From positions 90,717-154,716 of the forward strand of contig CAWFTL010000004.1 of NCBI GenBank assembly GCA_963818815.1: DNA of 64,000 nt, read 5' to 3'. Made by a program: the position numbers and the translations under genes. Every line of letters begins with the position of its first letter. The first letter of the stretch is position 1. This document shows, in pieces, positions 19,130 through 28,304 of this stretch. The stretch is from an uncultured Solirubrobacterales bacterium (lineage in GTDB: Bacteria; Actinomycetota; Thermoleophilia; Solirubrobacterales; Solirubrobacteraceae). The notes below the pieces were generated by a model. That model was not told the DNA's origin. It did not search any database and was given only the letters and a program-made list of their open reading frames with translations.

Positions 19130-19537
19130 TTAGCCCTGGTGCGCGGGGTCGGCGACCCCGGCCTGCTGGCGCTCGTTGATGATCTCCTTGATCCGGTCGA
19201 GCGTCTCCTCGGACATCCGGCGGATCTCCCAGTGCGTCAGCTTGATCACCCGCATCGGCGAGGTGGCGATCACGTCGGCGTTGCGGGGCTCGCGGGAGAG
19301 CAGCCCCATCTCCCCGATGAGGTCGCCGTCCTTCAGCGACGCGACCTTCTCGTCGTCGCGAAGCACGTCGGCGGTCCCCTCCTCGATCGCGATCAGCTCG
19401 GTCGAGTAGTCGCCCTGCTTCATCAGGATCTGGCCCTCGGCAACGCTCTGCTCGGTCGCGAACGCCGCCAGGCGCTTGGCCTCCTCGTCGGAGAGCTTCG
19501 AGAAAAGCGGGATTGCCTTCAGGCGGTTTGGATCCAT
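19130..19537 (-). CDS. Stand-alone cyclic nucleotide-binding domain protein
   Basis: LKAIPLFSKL, GQILMKQGD, LKDGDLIGEMGLL...PRNADVIA. Confidence 0.9.
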   Translation of the reverse strand: MDPNRLKAIPLFSKLSDEEAKRLAAFATEQSVAEGQILMKQGDYSTELIAIEEGTADVLRDDEKVASLKDGDLIGEMGLLSREPRNADVIATSPMRVIKLTHWEIRRMSEETLDRIKEIINERQQAGVADPAHQG

Positions 19538-19574
19538 GTTCGCTCCGAGTTCGGGTTGCTCTGCTGGAGCAAAC

Positions 19575-20999
19575 CTACAGGGACTGGACCTCGGCGGTGA
19601 TCTCGCTCACCGACTGCTTGGCGTCGCCGAACAGCAGGGCGGTCTTCTCGTCGTAGAAGAGCGGGTTGTCGATGCCGGCGAACCCCGAGGCCATGGAGCG
19701 CTTGAGCACGATCACCGAGCCAGAGCGGTCGACCTCCAGGATCGGCATCCCGTAGATCGGGGAGCCGGGCTCGTTCTTGGCCGCCGGGTTGGTGACGTCG
19801 TTGGCTCCGATCACGAGCGTCACGTCGGTGCGGGAGAACTCCGGGTTGATCTCGTCCATCTCCCTGAGCAGGTCGTAGGGCACGTCGGCCTCGGCCAGGA
19901 GCACGTTCATGTGCCCGGGCATCCGGCCCGCAACCGGGTGGATCGCGAACTTGACCTCGACGCCCTTGGCCTCGAGCGCGCGCTCGAGCTCGCGGACGGA
20001 GTGCTGGGCCTGGGCCACGGCCATCCCGTAGCCGGGGGCGATCACGACCTGGCGGGCGTAGGAGAGCTGGATCGCGACGTCCTGGGGGGAGGTCGAGCGC
20101 ACGGTGCCGCCGGCGTCCCCCGTCGCGCTCGGCGCGGCGACCGCGCCCCCAAAGCCGCCGGCCACGATCGCGGGCACCGAGCGGTTCATGGCCTTCGCCA
20201 TCAGGTTGGTGAGGATCGTGCCCGAAGCTCCGACGATCATGCCGGCGACGATCATCGCCGTGTTGTTGAGCGCGATCCCGGTGGCGGCCGCGGACAGGCC
20301 CGTGAACGCGTTCAGCAGCGAGATCACGACCGGCATGTCGGCGCCGCCGATCGGCAGCACGACCATGTTCCCCAGGATCGCCGCCGCGACGAGGATGCCC
20401 AGGATGAACAGCCCCTGCGAATGCGTCCCGGCGGCCAGCACGACCGCGCTCACGACCGAGATCAGCAGCAACGCCAGGTTGATGATCGACTGGCCGGGGA
20501 GCTTGATCGGCCGCCCCGGCAGGATCTCCTGGAGCTTGCCGAACGCGATGTTCGAGCCCCAGAACGAGATCGAGCCCACGATCGCCGCGAACAGCGTGGG
20601 GATCTGGGACTTCTCGACCCACACGCTGCCGCCGCTGGCGAAGTGGTGGCGGTACTCGATCCAGGCGATCACCGCGACGGCGCCGCCGCCCACGCCGTTG
20701 AACAGCGCGACCATCTGGGGCATCGCGGTCATGCGGACGTTGCGGGCCGCCGGGACCCCGACCACGGTGCCGATCACGAGGCCGAGCAGGATCAGCCAGA
20801 CGGTGCTCGACCCGCTGAGGACATGGGGCTGAAGCAGGGTCGAGATGAAGGCGATCACCATGCCGACGGCGGCGATCAGGTTTCCGCGCACCGCCGTGCG
20901 CGGGCCGGTCAGCCCGCTCATGCCGTAGATGAACAGGGCGAAGGCGATGATGTACAGCCCGTCGGTGACGTTCGAGCTGACTGCCGCGAGCGCGATCAC
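19575..20999 (-). CDS. pntB: NAD(P) transhydrogenase subunit beta
   Basis: MTAMPQMVALFNGVGG, IGGADMPVVISLLN, PGYGMAVAQAQ, HPVAGRMPGHMNVLLAEA, GANDVTNPAA. GTG at 20999. Confidence 0.97.
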   Translation of the reverse strand: MIALAAVSSNVTDGLYIIAFALFIYGMSGLTGPRTAVRGNLIAAVGMVIAFISTLLQPHVLSGSSTVWLILLGLVIGTVVGVPAARNVRMTAMPQMVALFNGVGGGAVAVIAWIEYRHHFASGGSVWVEKSQIPTLFAAIVGSISFWGSNIAFGKLQEILPGRPIKLPGQSIINLALLLISVVSAVVLAAGTHSQGLFILGILVAAAILGNMVVLPIGGADMPVVISLLNAFTGLSAAATGIALNNTAMIVAGMIVGASGTILTNLMAKAMNRSVPAIVAGGFGGAVAAPSATGDAGGTVRSTSPQDVAIQLSYARQVVIAPGYGMAVAQAQHSVRELERALEAKGVEVKFAIHPVAGRMPGHMNVLLAEADVPYDLLREMDEINPEFSRTDVTLVIGANDVTNPAAKNEPGSPIYGMPILEVDRSGSVIVLKRSMASGFAGIDNPLFYDEKTALLFGDAKQSVSEITAEVQSL

Positions 21000-21310
21000 G
21001 GTCCCGGCTCCTCGGCTTCCTCGGTCTTCGGCGGGTCCTTGCGTTTGAACATTCCCAGCATGCGGTCGGTGACCAGGAAGCCGCCGATCACGTTGATCGT
21101 CCCGAACGCGATCGCGATCACCAGCAGCGCGTGCTCGAGCACGCCATGGGCCGAGTGCATCAGCAGCAGCCCGCCGAGCAGGACGATGCCGTGGATCGCG
21201 TTGGTGCCCGACATCAGCGGCGTGTGCAGCGTGTTCGGGACCTTCGAGATCACCTCGAAGCCGACGAACGCGGCCAGGACCAGGATCGCGATCTCCGTGA
21301 TAGTGGTCAT
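20996..21310 (-). CDS. pntA: NAD(P) transhydrogenase subunit alpha part 2
   Basis: LHTPLMSGTNAIHG, NVIGGFLVTDRML.MFK. Confidence 0.95.
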   Translation of the reverse strand: MTTITEIAILVLAAFVGFEVISKVPNTLHTPLMSGTNAIHGIVLLGGLLLMHSAHGVLEHALLVIAIAFGTINVIGGFLVTDRMLGMFKRKDPPKTEEAEEPGP

Positions 21311-22437
21311 GCCGGGGCCCCCGCCGCCTGCTTGGCGCCCTCGTGCACGATCTCCCCACCGCGGGTGATGCAGGCGCCGGCGATCACCTCGTCGTCGAAG
21401 TCGAGCGAGAGCTGGCCCTCCTCGGAGATCATCAGCCCCAGCAGCGCCTCGATGTTGCGCGCGTAGAGCTGGGAGGCGTGCTCGGCCATCGTGCTCGGCA
21501 CGTTGAGCGGCGCCAGGATCTTCACGTCGTGGCGGATGACCGACTCGCCGGGCTCGGAGAGCTCGCAGTTGCCGCCCTGCTCACCGGCCAGGTCGACGAT
21601 CACCGAGCCGGGCTTCATCAGCTTGACCGCCTCCTCGGTGACGAGGATCGGCGCGCGCCGGCCCGGCACCAGGGCGGTCGTGATGACCACGTCGACCTTG
21701 CCGATGGCTTCGGCCATCAGCTCCTGCTGGCGCGCCTGCTGCTCGGGCGTGAGCTCCTTGGCGTAGCCGCCCGCGCCCTCGAGGTCCTGACCACCAATTT
21801 CGAACTCCAGGAACTTCGCTCCGAGCGACTCGACCTGCTCCTTGACGGCGGCGCGCACGTCGAAGCCCTGTACCACGGAGCCCAGCCGGCGGGCGGTGGC
21901 AATCGCCTGCAGGCCCGCCACGCCCGCTCCCAGCACGAGCACGGTGGCCGGGCGGATCGTTCCCGCGGCGGTCATCAGCATCGGGTAGAAGCGGCCGAGC
22001 TCCTGGGCGCCGATCAGCGCGGCGCGGTAGCCGGCGATGTTGGCCTGGCTCGAGAGCGCGTCCATCGACTGCGCGCGGCTGATCCGCGGCACGGCCTCGA
22101 GCGCGAAGCTGGTCGCGCCGGTCGCGGCGATGGCGCGGATCCCGTCGCCGTTGGTGAGCGGCTGCAAAAACCCGATGAGGACGGATTCCGAGCCCAGGCG
22201 GCCTACCTCGTCCTGGCCCGGCGGCGCCACCTTGACGATGAGCTCGGCCCCCCATGCGTCGTCGGTCAGCTCGGCCCCGGCCTCCTCGTACTGCTGGTCG
22301 GGGATCAGCGCGCCCGCACCCGCGCCGCGCTGCACCAGGATGCGGTGCTCGCGGCCGGTGAGCTTGCGCACGACTTCGGGGACCAGCGCCACCCGGCGCT
22401 CGCCCTCGACGGTCTCCCTGGGCACTCCGATCTGCAT
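21307..22437 (-). CDS. pntA: NAD(P) transhydrogenase subunit alpha part 1 (dI)
   Basis: IGVPRE...ERRVA, RISRAQSMDALSSQANIAGY, GAGVAGLQAI, TTALVPGRRAP. Confidence 0.96.
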   Translation of the reverse strand: MQIGVPRETVEGERRVALVPEVVRKLTGREHRILVQRGAGAGALIPDQQYEEAGAELTDDAWGAELIVKVAPPGQDEVGRLGSESVLIGFLQPLTNGDGIRAIAATGATSFALEAVPRISRAQSMDALSSQANIAGYRAALIGAQELGRFYPMLMTAAGTIRPATVLVLGAGVAGLQAIATARRLGSVVQGFDVRAAVKEQVESLGAKFLEFEIGGQDLEGAGGYAKELTPEQQARQQELMAEAIGKVDVVITTALVPGRRAPILVTEEAVKLMKPGSVIVDLAGEQGGNCELSEPGESVIRHDVKILAPLNVPSTMAEHASQLYARNIEALLGLMISEEGQLSLDFDDEVIAGACITRGGEIVHEGAKQAAGAPA

Positions 22438-22464
22438 GCGGCGCGGGAGGCTACCGAGTCTCGC

Positions 22465-24204
22465 TCATGTCAGGCCGACCGGCGCGAAGGCCAGCGCCGC
22501 GGCCACGCCGGCCTCGGAAGCCAGGCCGGATAGGGCGCGGGCGCTGCCCAGTGCAGAGGCAGCCCGCTTTCCGGAGCGAGCGGTCCCGCGGTGAGCGCCG
22601 CCACGGCCCGATCCGCCCCCGCTCCGCGCCCTGGATTGGCGTCGCGACGCCCCGCCCCCCGAGCGCCGCCGGGCGACCGGGGCCAGCGGCAGGGCCTTGC
22701 CGTCCAGGGCCATCTCCGCCTGGGCGGTGACCCACACCGGGGTCTGGTCGCTGGTGCGCGAGTAGCGCACGTGGCCGTCGGGGGCGATAAGCGAATTCAG
22801 GAACTGCAGCGGCGACGGCGCGCCGTGGCGATGAAGGCCGGCGGGGTCGACGCCGGCGGCGATCAGCCCCTGCACCGCCCATGCCGTGGACTGAGCATTG
22901 GACTGCCCGCCGCCCTGGGCGGAAAAGCCGCCGTCGGGGCTCTGCACGCGGCGCAGGTAGCGCACGGCGGCGGTGGCGGCCCGTCCCGCCGCGCCGCCGG
23001 CCCCGGCGAGCGCCTGCAGCGCCGCGCCCGTGTCGTCGACGTCGCTGGCCCCGCCCGCGCGCGCGAAGTTGAAGCCGCCGTCGCGGTCCTGCTGGCGGGC
23101 GATCCAGCTGATCGAGGCTCCCGGGGCTCCGCTCCCGGCCGCGCGGAGCGCGAGCACCGCGAAGGCGGTCCAGTTGACCTGCTCGGCCACCGATCCGTCA
23201 GAGCGGATGTGCTGCTCGAGCATGGCGACGAGGTCACGCCCCCCGAAGCTCCGTGCCGGCGCCCCGGCGGCGCCGGCGACGAGGATCGTGCGCTCGATCG
23301 CGCCCGGGTCGCCGAGCCCGCCGGCCCCCGCGCGTACGTAGGCCAGCAGGTTCTGGCCCCCGCGGCGGACGTCGGCCGGGTTGCGCCCGGCGGCGGCGAG
23401 CCCCAGGGCCGCCCAACCGCTGTAGAGCTGCGAGGACGGGGCGGCCGGCGCGGAGCCAAAGCCGCCGTCGCGGTTCTGGGCGGCGAGCAGGTAGCCGCTC
23501 GGCGTGCCCGCGGCACGTGCGAGTGCAGCCCCGCCTCCCACCACCGGCTGCACGGCCGCCGCCGCGACCACGAGCACGATCAGCGGGACCGCGGCTCCCG
23601 GCACCCATACCACCTGTATGCGCCTGGCGAAGCGCTGGATCGAATGCATCAGCGCCGGGCCGAATGCGAGCGCGAAGGCGACACAGCCGGCCGCGTGAAT
23701 GAAGTCAAAGCCGGTTCCCTTGCCCACGTATACGCCGAGCTGGACCAGGCTGTGGTCGCTGTAGGTGACCCAGTCTCCGACGTCCTGGAGGGCGGCGAAG
23801 GCGAAACCGGCGAGTCCGCAGATCGCCGCCAGCGACCAGCGGCCGAGCCGGCGGCCCGTGAGCACGGCCAGACCGGCGCCGAGCACTCCCGTGGCACCCC
23901 AGGCGGCCATCTGCCACGGCGTCCACGGCCCCTGCCCGAAGAAGAAGTTGGACGTCAGCCCCGCCAGCGCCCCCACCACGAAGCCCGGTGCCCCGCCGAG
24001 CGCATAGCCCGAGATGAGGACGATGTCCGTCGTCGGCTTGACGTTGGGGAGCGCGACGAAGGCGATGCGGCCCAGCGCGGCGAGCGCGGCCAGGGTGGCG
24101 ACGAGCGCGACGATGCGCGCGTCGGGACGGCTGCGCTCGTACCAGGCGAAGCCCGCCGCCAGGGCTACGGCGAGGATCGCCAGCGCGCCGAGCTGCCAGG
24201 TCAA
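22465..24204 (-). CDS. CbrT-like cobalamin ECF S-component fused to an extracellular prenyltransferase-repeat (alpha6/alpha6 barrel, transcobalamin alpha-like) domain
   Basis: TTG at 24204 overlaps the ATPase stop. The N-terminal part has GRIAF..LPNVKPTT and SNFFFGQGPWTPWQ. After an extra TM come repeats QNRDGGF, QDRDGGF, QSPDGGF, plus VDDTGAALQAL and NAQSTAWAVQGL. Confidence 0.85.
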   Translation of the reverse strand: MTWQLGALAILAVALAAGFAWYERSRPDARIVALVATLAALAALGRIAFVALPNVKPTTDIVLISGYALGGAPGFVVGALAGLTSNFFFGQGPWTPWQMAAWGATGVLGAGLAVLTGRRLGRWSLAAICGLAGFAFAALQDVGDWVTYSDHSLVQLGVYVGKGTGFDFIHAAGCVAFALAFGPALMHSIQRFARRIQVVWVPGAAVPLIVLVVAAAAVQPVVGGGAALARAAGTPSGYLLAAQNRDGGFGSAPAAPSSQLYSGWAALGLAAAGRNPADVRRGGQNLLAYVRAGAGGLGDPGAIERTILVAGAAGAPARSFGGRDLVAMLEQHIRSDGSVAEQVNWTAFAVLALRAAGSGAPGASISWIARQQDRDGGFNFARAGGASDVDDTGAALQALAGAGGAAGRAATAAVRYLRRVQSPDGGFSAQGGGQSNAQSTAWAVQGLIAAGVDPAGLHRHGAPSPLQFLNSLIAPDGHVRYSRTSDQTPVWVTAQAEMALDGKALPLAPVARRRSGGGASRRQSRARSGGGSGRGGAHRGTARSGKRAASALGSARALSGLASEAGVAAALAFAPVGLT

Positions 24205-25787
24205 GCGATCGCCTCCAGCGGCCGGGGCCGGCTCAGCAGCGCGACGCCGTCGGCCGGCGTCAGCGCCGCTCCGTTCAGGATCCGCGCCGTCTCGGTGGCG
24301 AAGTAGTCCCCCCCGGCCAGGATCTCCGCCGTGGACCCGTCGGCGATCGGGGCGCCGTCGCCGAGCAGGATGACCCGGTCGGCGAAGGCGGCCGCGAACT
24401 CGGCATCGTGGGTGGCGACGACGACCGCCGGCTCGAGCCCGCGCAGGAGCTCGGCCAACGCGTCCTTGCGGGCCCGGTCCATGCCGCGCGTGGGCTCGTC
24501 GAGGCAAACGACGGCCGGCGCTTCCTTGGCGCCCTCCGGATCGAGCACGATCGCCAGGGCCAGGCGCTGGCGCTCCCCGCCTGAGAGATCGCGGGGGTGG
24601 CGGTCTCCGAACACCACCGGGTCGAGCCCGACGGCAGCCAGCGCGGCCGGCGAGGCCTCCTCGGCCACCGACTCGTGCACGAGGTAGTCGCCGGGGTTCT
24701 GGAGCAGCAGGGCCACGCGGCCCGCGGAGGCCACTCGTCCTCGGGTGGGCGCCAGCAGCCCGGCGGCGTGACGGAGCAGGGTCGACTTCCCGGCCCCGTT
24801 TCGCCCCATGAGCGCCACCCGCTCACCGGGTGCGACCGAGAGGCGCACATCGCGCAGGATGGCCGCGCCGCCGCGGAGCTCGTGCCAAACGCCTGAGAAG
24901 CGCAGGGCGGCGGAGCGCTCCGCCGCGCGCGAGATGGCGGGAGCGGGAGCGGAGGGCAGTTCGACACCGGCATCGCGCAGCGCCGTCCTGGCCGCCCTGA
25001 CGCCGGCCACGGGAGCCAGCCCGAGGCCGCTGAGCAGCCGCGCCCCGGGCGTGCACAGCGTGGGCGCCTGGGCCGCGGCCCACTCCAGGAACTGCGACGG
25101 CGGGCCATCGCAGACGATCCGGCCCGCCGCGAGGGCGATCACGCGGTCGGCGAAGCTCAGGCAGCGCTCGAGGCGATGCTCGGCCAGCAGGAGCGCGATC
25201 TCGGCATCGTCGTGCAGGCGCCGCAATGTGGCCAGCAGCTCCTCACCGGCCACCGGATCGAGCTGGGCGGTCGGCTCGTCGAGGACGAGGAGCTGCGGAC
25301 GCGCGGCCAGGGCGGCGGCGAGCGCCACGCGCTGCAGCTCGCCCCCCGAGAGCTCGGAGGTCGGGCGCTCGAGCAGGTGGGCGACGCCGAGCGAGAGCGC
25401 AGCCTCCTCGACCGCGCGCGCGATCGCCGGCGGGCTGGCACCGTGATTCTCGAGTGCGAAAGCGATCTCGGCCCGCACCGTCGCCATCACGACCTGCGTC
25501 TCGGGGTCCTGCAGGAGCGTCCCCACCGCGGCCGAGAGCTCGCCTGGACGGTGCTCGCGCGTGTCGAGCCCGGCGACGATCGCGCGGCCGGCGAACTCGC
25601 CGCCGTGGAAGTGCGGCACGAGTCCGCTGGCCAGGGCGAGCAGGGTCGATTTGCCCGAGCCCGAGGAACCCGTCACGACCACGAGCTCCCCAGGCGAGAT
25701 CGCCAGCGAGACGTCGCGCAGCGATGGCCCGGGGGCGCCGGGGTACGTGTAGGTGACGTCCTGCAACTCGAGGACGGACCCGCTCAT
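24201..25787 (-). CDS. ECF transporter double ATPase (EcfA-A' fusion, CbrU-like)
   Basis: Two ABC cassettes: GSSGSGKST/LSGGELQR/LDEPT and GRNGAGKST/LSGGERQR/LDEPTRG. QDPETQ Q-helix. Confidence 0.93.
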   Translation of the reverse strand: MSGSVLELQDVTYTYPGAPGPSLRDVSLAISPGELVVVTGSSGSGKSTLLALASGLVPHFHGGEFAGRAIVAGLDTREHRPGELSAAVGTLLQDPETQVVMATVRAEIAFALENHGASPPAIARAVEEAALSLGVAHLLERPTSELSGGELQRVALAAALAARPQLLVLDEPTAQLDPVAGEELLATLRRLHDDAEIALLLAEHRLERCLSFADRVIALAAGRIVCDGPPSQFLEWAAAQAPTLCTPGARLLSGLGLAPVAGVRAARTALRDAGVELPSAPAPAISRAAERSAALRFSGVWHELRGGAAILRDVRLSVAPGERVALMGRNGAGKSTLLRHAAGLLAPTRGRVASAGRVALLLQNPGDYLVHESVAEEASPAALAAVGLDPVVFGDRHPRDLSGGERQRLALAIVLDPEGAKEAPAVVCLDEPTRGMDRARKDALAELLRGLEPAVVVATHDAEFAAAFADRVILLGDGAPIADGSTAEILAGGDYFATETARILNGAALTPADGVALLSRPRPLEAIA

Positions 25788-26647
25788 CGGCCGATCCCCC
25801 GGCGGTCGGCGAACGGCATCAAGGCGACGGCGATCACCGCGAGGGCGATCAGCAGCTGGCCGGTGCCGAGCGGCATGTGCAGCGAGGGGTAGGCGCTGAA
25901 CGCGACCAGCCCCGCGACGCGGCCGCCGACCGCCAGGACGAGGATCGCGGCTGCCGCGGCGGCGAAGGCGAGGTCGTGGCGCGAGCGCGGACGGCGCACG
26001 GCGGCCGGCCTGCTGGCTCCGGCATATCCACGTACTTCGAGCGCGGCGGCGACATCGAGGGCGCGGTCGAGCGCGCCGGCGGTGGTCGCGCGCATCAGGG
26101 CAAAGCGAGACGGCGAGCGGCCGGCGCGGCAGCGCTGCGCCTCCGCCAGGCGGCGCGAGTCGCGGATCAGCACGGGGACCAGCCGTGTGGCGAGCGTCGC
26201 CGTCAGCGCCGAGTGAAAGGACACGCGGCGCAGCAGGCGCAACACCTCATCGGGGTCGACGGCGGCCGAGTAGAGGGCGCCGCAGAGCACGAGGATGAGC
26301 GCGCGTAGGCCCAGCACCGCCCCGTAGACACTCGCCTCGAGCGTGATGTCGGTGTGCCCGAGCACGGGCAGATCCCCGAGGCGGAGAATCACCGTGAGCC
26401 CGTCGCGCGTCACGAGGGCGTTGATCAGGGCGATCAGCAGCGCCAGCGGCAAGGCGAGGAGGAGCGCGCGAGCGAGCACGCTCCGCAGCCCTGCGGCGAC
26501 GAAGGCACCGGCGACGGCGAGGCAGACCGCCGCCAGGACGACGGGACTGGAGAGCACCAGGGCGGCGATGGCCAGCGCCAGGCAGTAGCCGATCCCCGCC
26601 GCGGCCCGCGCCGAGTGAAGGGGGCTGGCTCGGCGACGGTAGATCAC
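25784..26647 (-). CDS. ECF transporter T component (EcfT/CbrV-like)
   Basis: TM segments, then LATRLVPVL, AQRCRA and ALEVRGY (Arg-containing coupling helices). Confidence 0.9.
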   Translation of the reverse strand: MIYRRRASPLHSARAAAGIGYCLALAIAALVLSSPVVLAAVCLAVAGAFVAAGLRSVLARALLLALPLALLIALINALVTRDGLTVILRLGDLPVLGHTDITLEASVYGAVLGLRALILVLCGALYSAAVDPDEVLRLLRRVSFHSALTATLATRLVPVLIRDSRRLAEAQRCRAGRSPSRFALMRATTAGALDRALDVAAALEVRGYAGASRPAAVRRPRSRHDLAFAAAAAAILVLAVGGRVAGLVAFSAYPSLHMPLGTGQLLIALAVIAVALMPFADRRGIGR

Positions 26648-27567
26648 GATCCCGCTCTCAGGGGGAGCGGGATGACTCCATGCCCGTCGACCGCGACCGC
26701 GAAGTGGTCACGCAGGTCGGCCTGGTTGAACGCGGCGGCCGCCCTGGCGACGCCGGTGGCGTCGGTCCCGGTGATGAGCCACGTCGGCGTCGGCGTCTGA
26801 TAGGCCGTGGCGGCGATCAGCCCCGCGCCGGGACCGAGCGTGCGCACCACGTGCCCAGCCGGGTCGAGCAGCTGAAGTGCGGCGCCGGCGGACGCGAACT
26901 TGGCATAGACCCCGCTGGCCGACGGCCCGACCGCGATCAAACCGGCGATCAGCTGCGGGCGCAGCTCTTGCCAGGTGCCGACGTCGACGGTCAGCGTGTC
27001 GCTCCCGGAGCCCGTGCCCAGCAACTGGCTGGCCGCCGGCACGCCGACCGCATGGAGGGCCGCCGCGGCGCGCCGGCAGGCGAGGCCGGCATCAGGCCCG
27101 CAGGCGAGCGAGGTGGGAAAGCGCTTGCCGCCGGTGCCGTGGACGAAGGGCTCGGGGAACGCTCCGACGACGGCCGGCACGGAGTTGGTGGCGGTCCAGT
27201 CGTGCAGGTCCCACCAGATGTGGTCTCCGCGGTGCACAGCGGTCGTGGCCGCCCCCTGGGGCGCCTCCACGCCGTTGACGTAGTAGAACCAGTCGAGCCG
27301 GCTGCCCGAGCCCCCGAGGCCGTTGATCGACTGCACGAAACCGCCCCCGTAGCGGGTGTTCACGCGGAAGGACCGCTCGAGCATCCGCATCACAGTCTCG
27401 GAGCCCGGCACCTTCGACCGGCTGACCTGCGCGATCCGCTTCTGCCCAAACGAGCGCGTGACGGTCACGCTCACGTTCGAGGTGCCCTGGCCCGGACCCA
27501 GCCCGCACCCGGCGAGGATCGCGGCCGCGGTGGCCACGGTCCCCGCCAGTAGGGCCCGGCTGCGCAT
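26644..27567 (-). CDS. DUF4430 (transcobalamin beta-domain-like) lipoprotein, CbrS-like
   Basis: ATG 27567, lipobox LAGC, GGFVQSING...DWFYYVNG...GA....HRGDHIWWD, plus an additional C-terminal domain. Confidence 0.85.
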   Translation of the reverse strand: MRSRALLAGTVATAAAILAGCGLGPGQGTSNVSVTVTRSFGQKRIAQVSRSKVPGSETVMRMLERSFRVNTRYGGGFVQSINGLGGSGSRLDWFYYVNGVEAPQGAATTAVHRGDHIWWDLHDWTATNSVPAVVGAFPEPFVHGTGGKRFPTSLACGPDAGLACRRAAAALHAVGVPAASQLLGTGSGSDTLTVDVGTWQELRPQLIAGLIAVGPSASGVYAKFASAGAALQLLDPAGHVVRTLGPGAGLIAATAYQTPTPTWLITGTDATGVARAAAAFNQADLRDHFAVAVDGHGVIPLPLRAGS

Positions 27568-27569
27568 CG

Positions 27570-28259
27570 TCAGGACGAGACGCGCACGCGCACCGTCGCC
27601 GCCCGGATGTAGCCGTTCGCGCGCGCATGCAGGATCAGCGAGCCTTGATGACCGGCGGTGAACGTCGCGACGCCCTTGCCGTTCGTGTGCGAGCCCTGGG
27701 TGCCGCCGGCGACGTTCGCGTACACCGTCGCCCCGGACACGGGCTTGGCTTTGCCCGCGGCGGAGTAGGCCGCGACCTTGACCTGGAACGGCTTGCCCGC
27801 GGTGGCGGCCGAGGGCGCGCTCAGCACAAGTGGGAACTGCTTGCCGTTCGTGACCGCGAACAGAAGCTGCTCGCCCGCGTGCAGCTTCATGTCGCACACG
27901 CCCGCGCTCGCCGAGCGGTTGTTCACGAACACCGTCCAGTAGTCGTTCCCGCTCGCCTTCTCACCCAGGATCGAGGTGATGAAGATGCCGGGCACGCTGG
28001 CGTACCACTTGCCCGTCCAGCGATGGTGGGTCGCCGCGTCGAGCGCGCCGGCGGCGCTCGATCCGGAGCATTTGCCACGAGGCGCACCGCCCTTCGTGAC
28101 CCAGCCCTTGGCGCCGGCCGTCTTGGTCGGGGCCAGCAGCGTGCGACTGAGCCCTTCCACGCGCACGGTGACCTGGCTTCGGTTGCCGGCGCTGGCCGCC
28201 GGTACCGCAACCACACCGGCGAGCACTCCGAGAAGCGCGATGGAGATTCTTCGATTCAA
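27570..28259 (-). CDS. Secreted DUF4430-like protein with C-terminal Ig-like domain
   Basis: Likely TTG start 28259 after AAAGGGG. Signal peptide ending ASA, GIFITSILGEKASGNDYWTVFVNN...GVCDMKLHAGEQLLF, and a beta-rich C-terminus. Confidence 0.8.
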   Translation of the reverse strand: MNRRISIALLGVLAGVVAVPAASAGNRSQVTVRVEGLSRTLLAPTKTAGAKGWVTKGGAPRGKCSGSSAAGALDAATHHRWTGKWYASVPGIFITSILGEKASGNDYWTVFVNNRSASAGVCDMKLHAGEQLLFAVTNGKQFPLVLSAPSAATAGKPFQVKVAAYSAAGKAKPVSGATVYANVAGGTQGSHTNGKGVATFTAGHQGSLILHARANGYIRAATVRVRVSS

Positions 28260-28304
28260 CAGGGCCACCCCTTTCCGCGAGGGCGTATCGGCGTTGCGGT
28301 CGCA

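Noticed and set aside
22465-23520. Squalene-hopene cyclase / terpene biosynthesis interpretation of the QxxDGGF repeats
   Set aside because: No DXDD catalytic motif in cyclase context (only DVDD in a short repeat), a single barrel, extracytoplasmic position and B12-operon context favour a binding domain.
24205-24507. N-terminal extension of the S-component ORF to 24507
   Set aside because: Overlaps the ATPase in another frame and is low-complexity; TTG at 24204 fits translational coupling.
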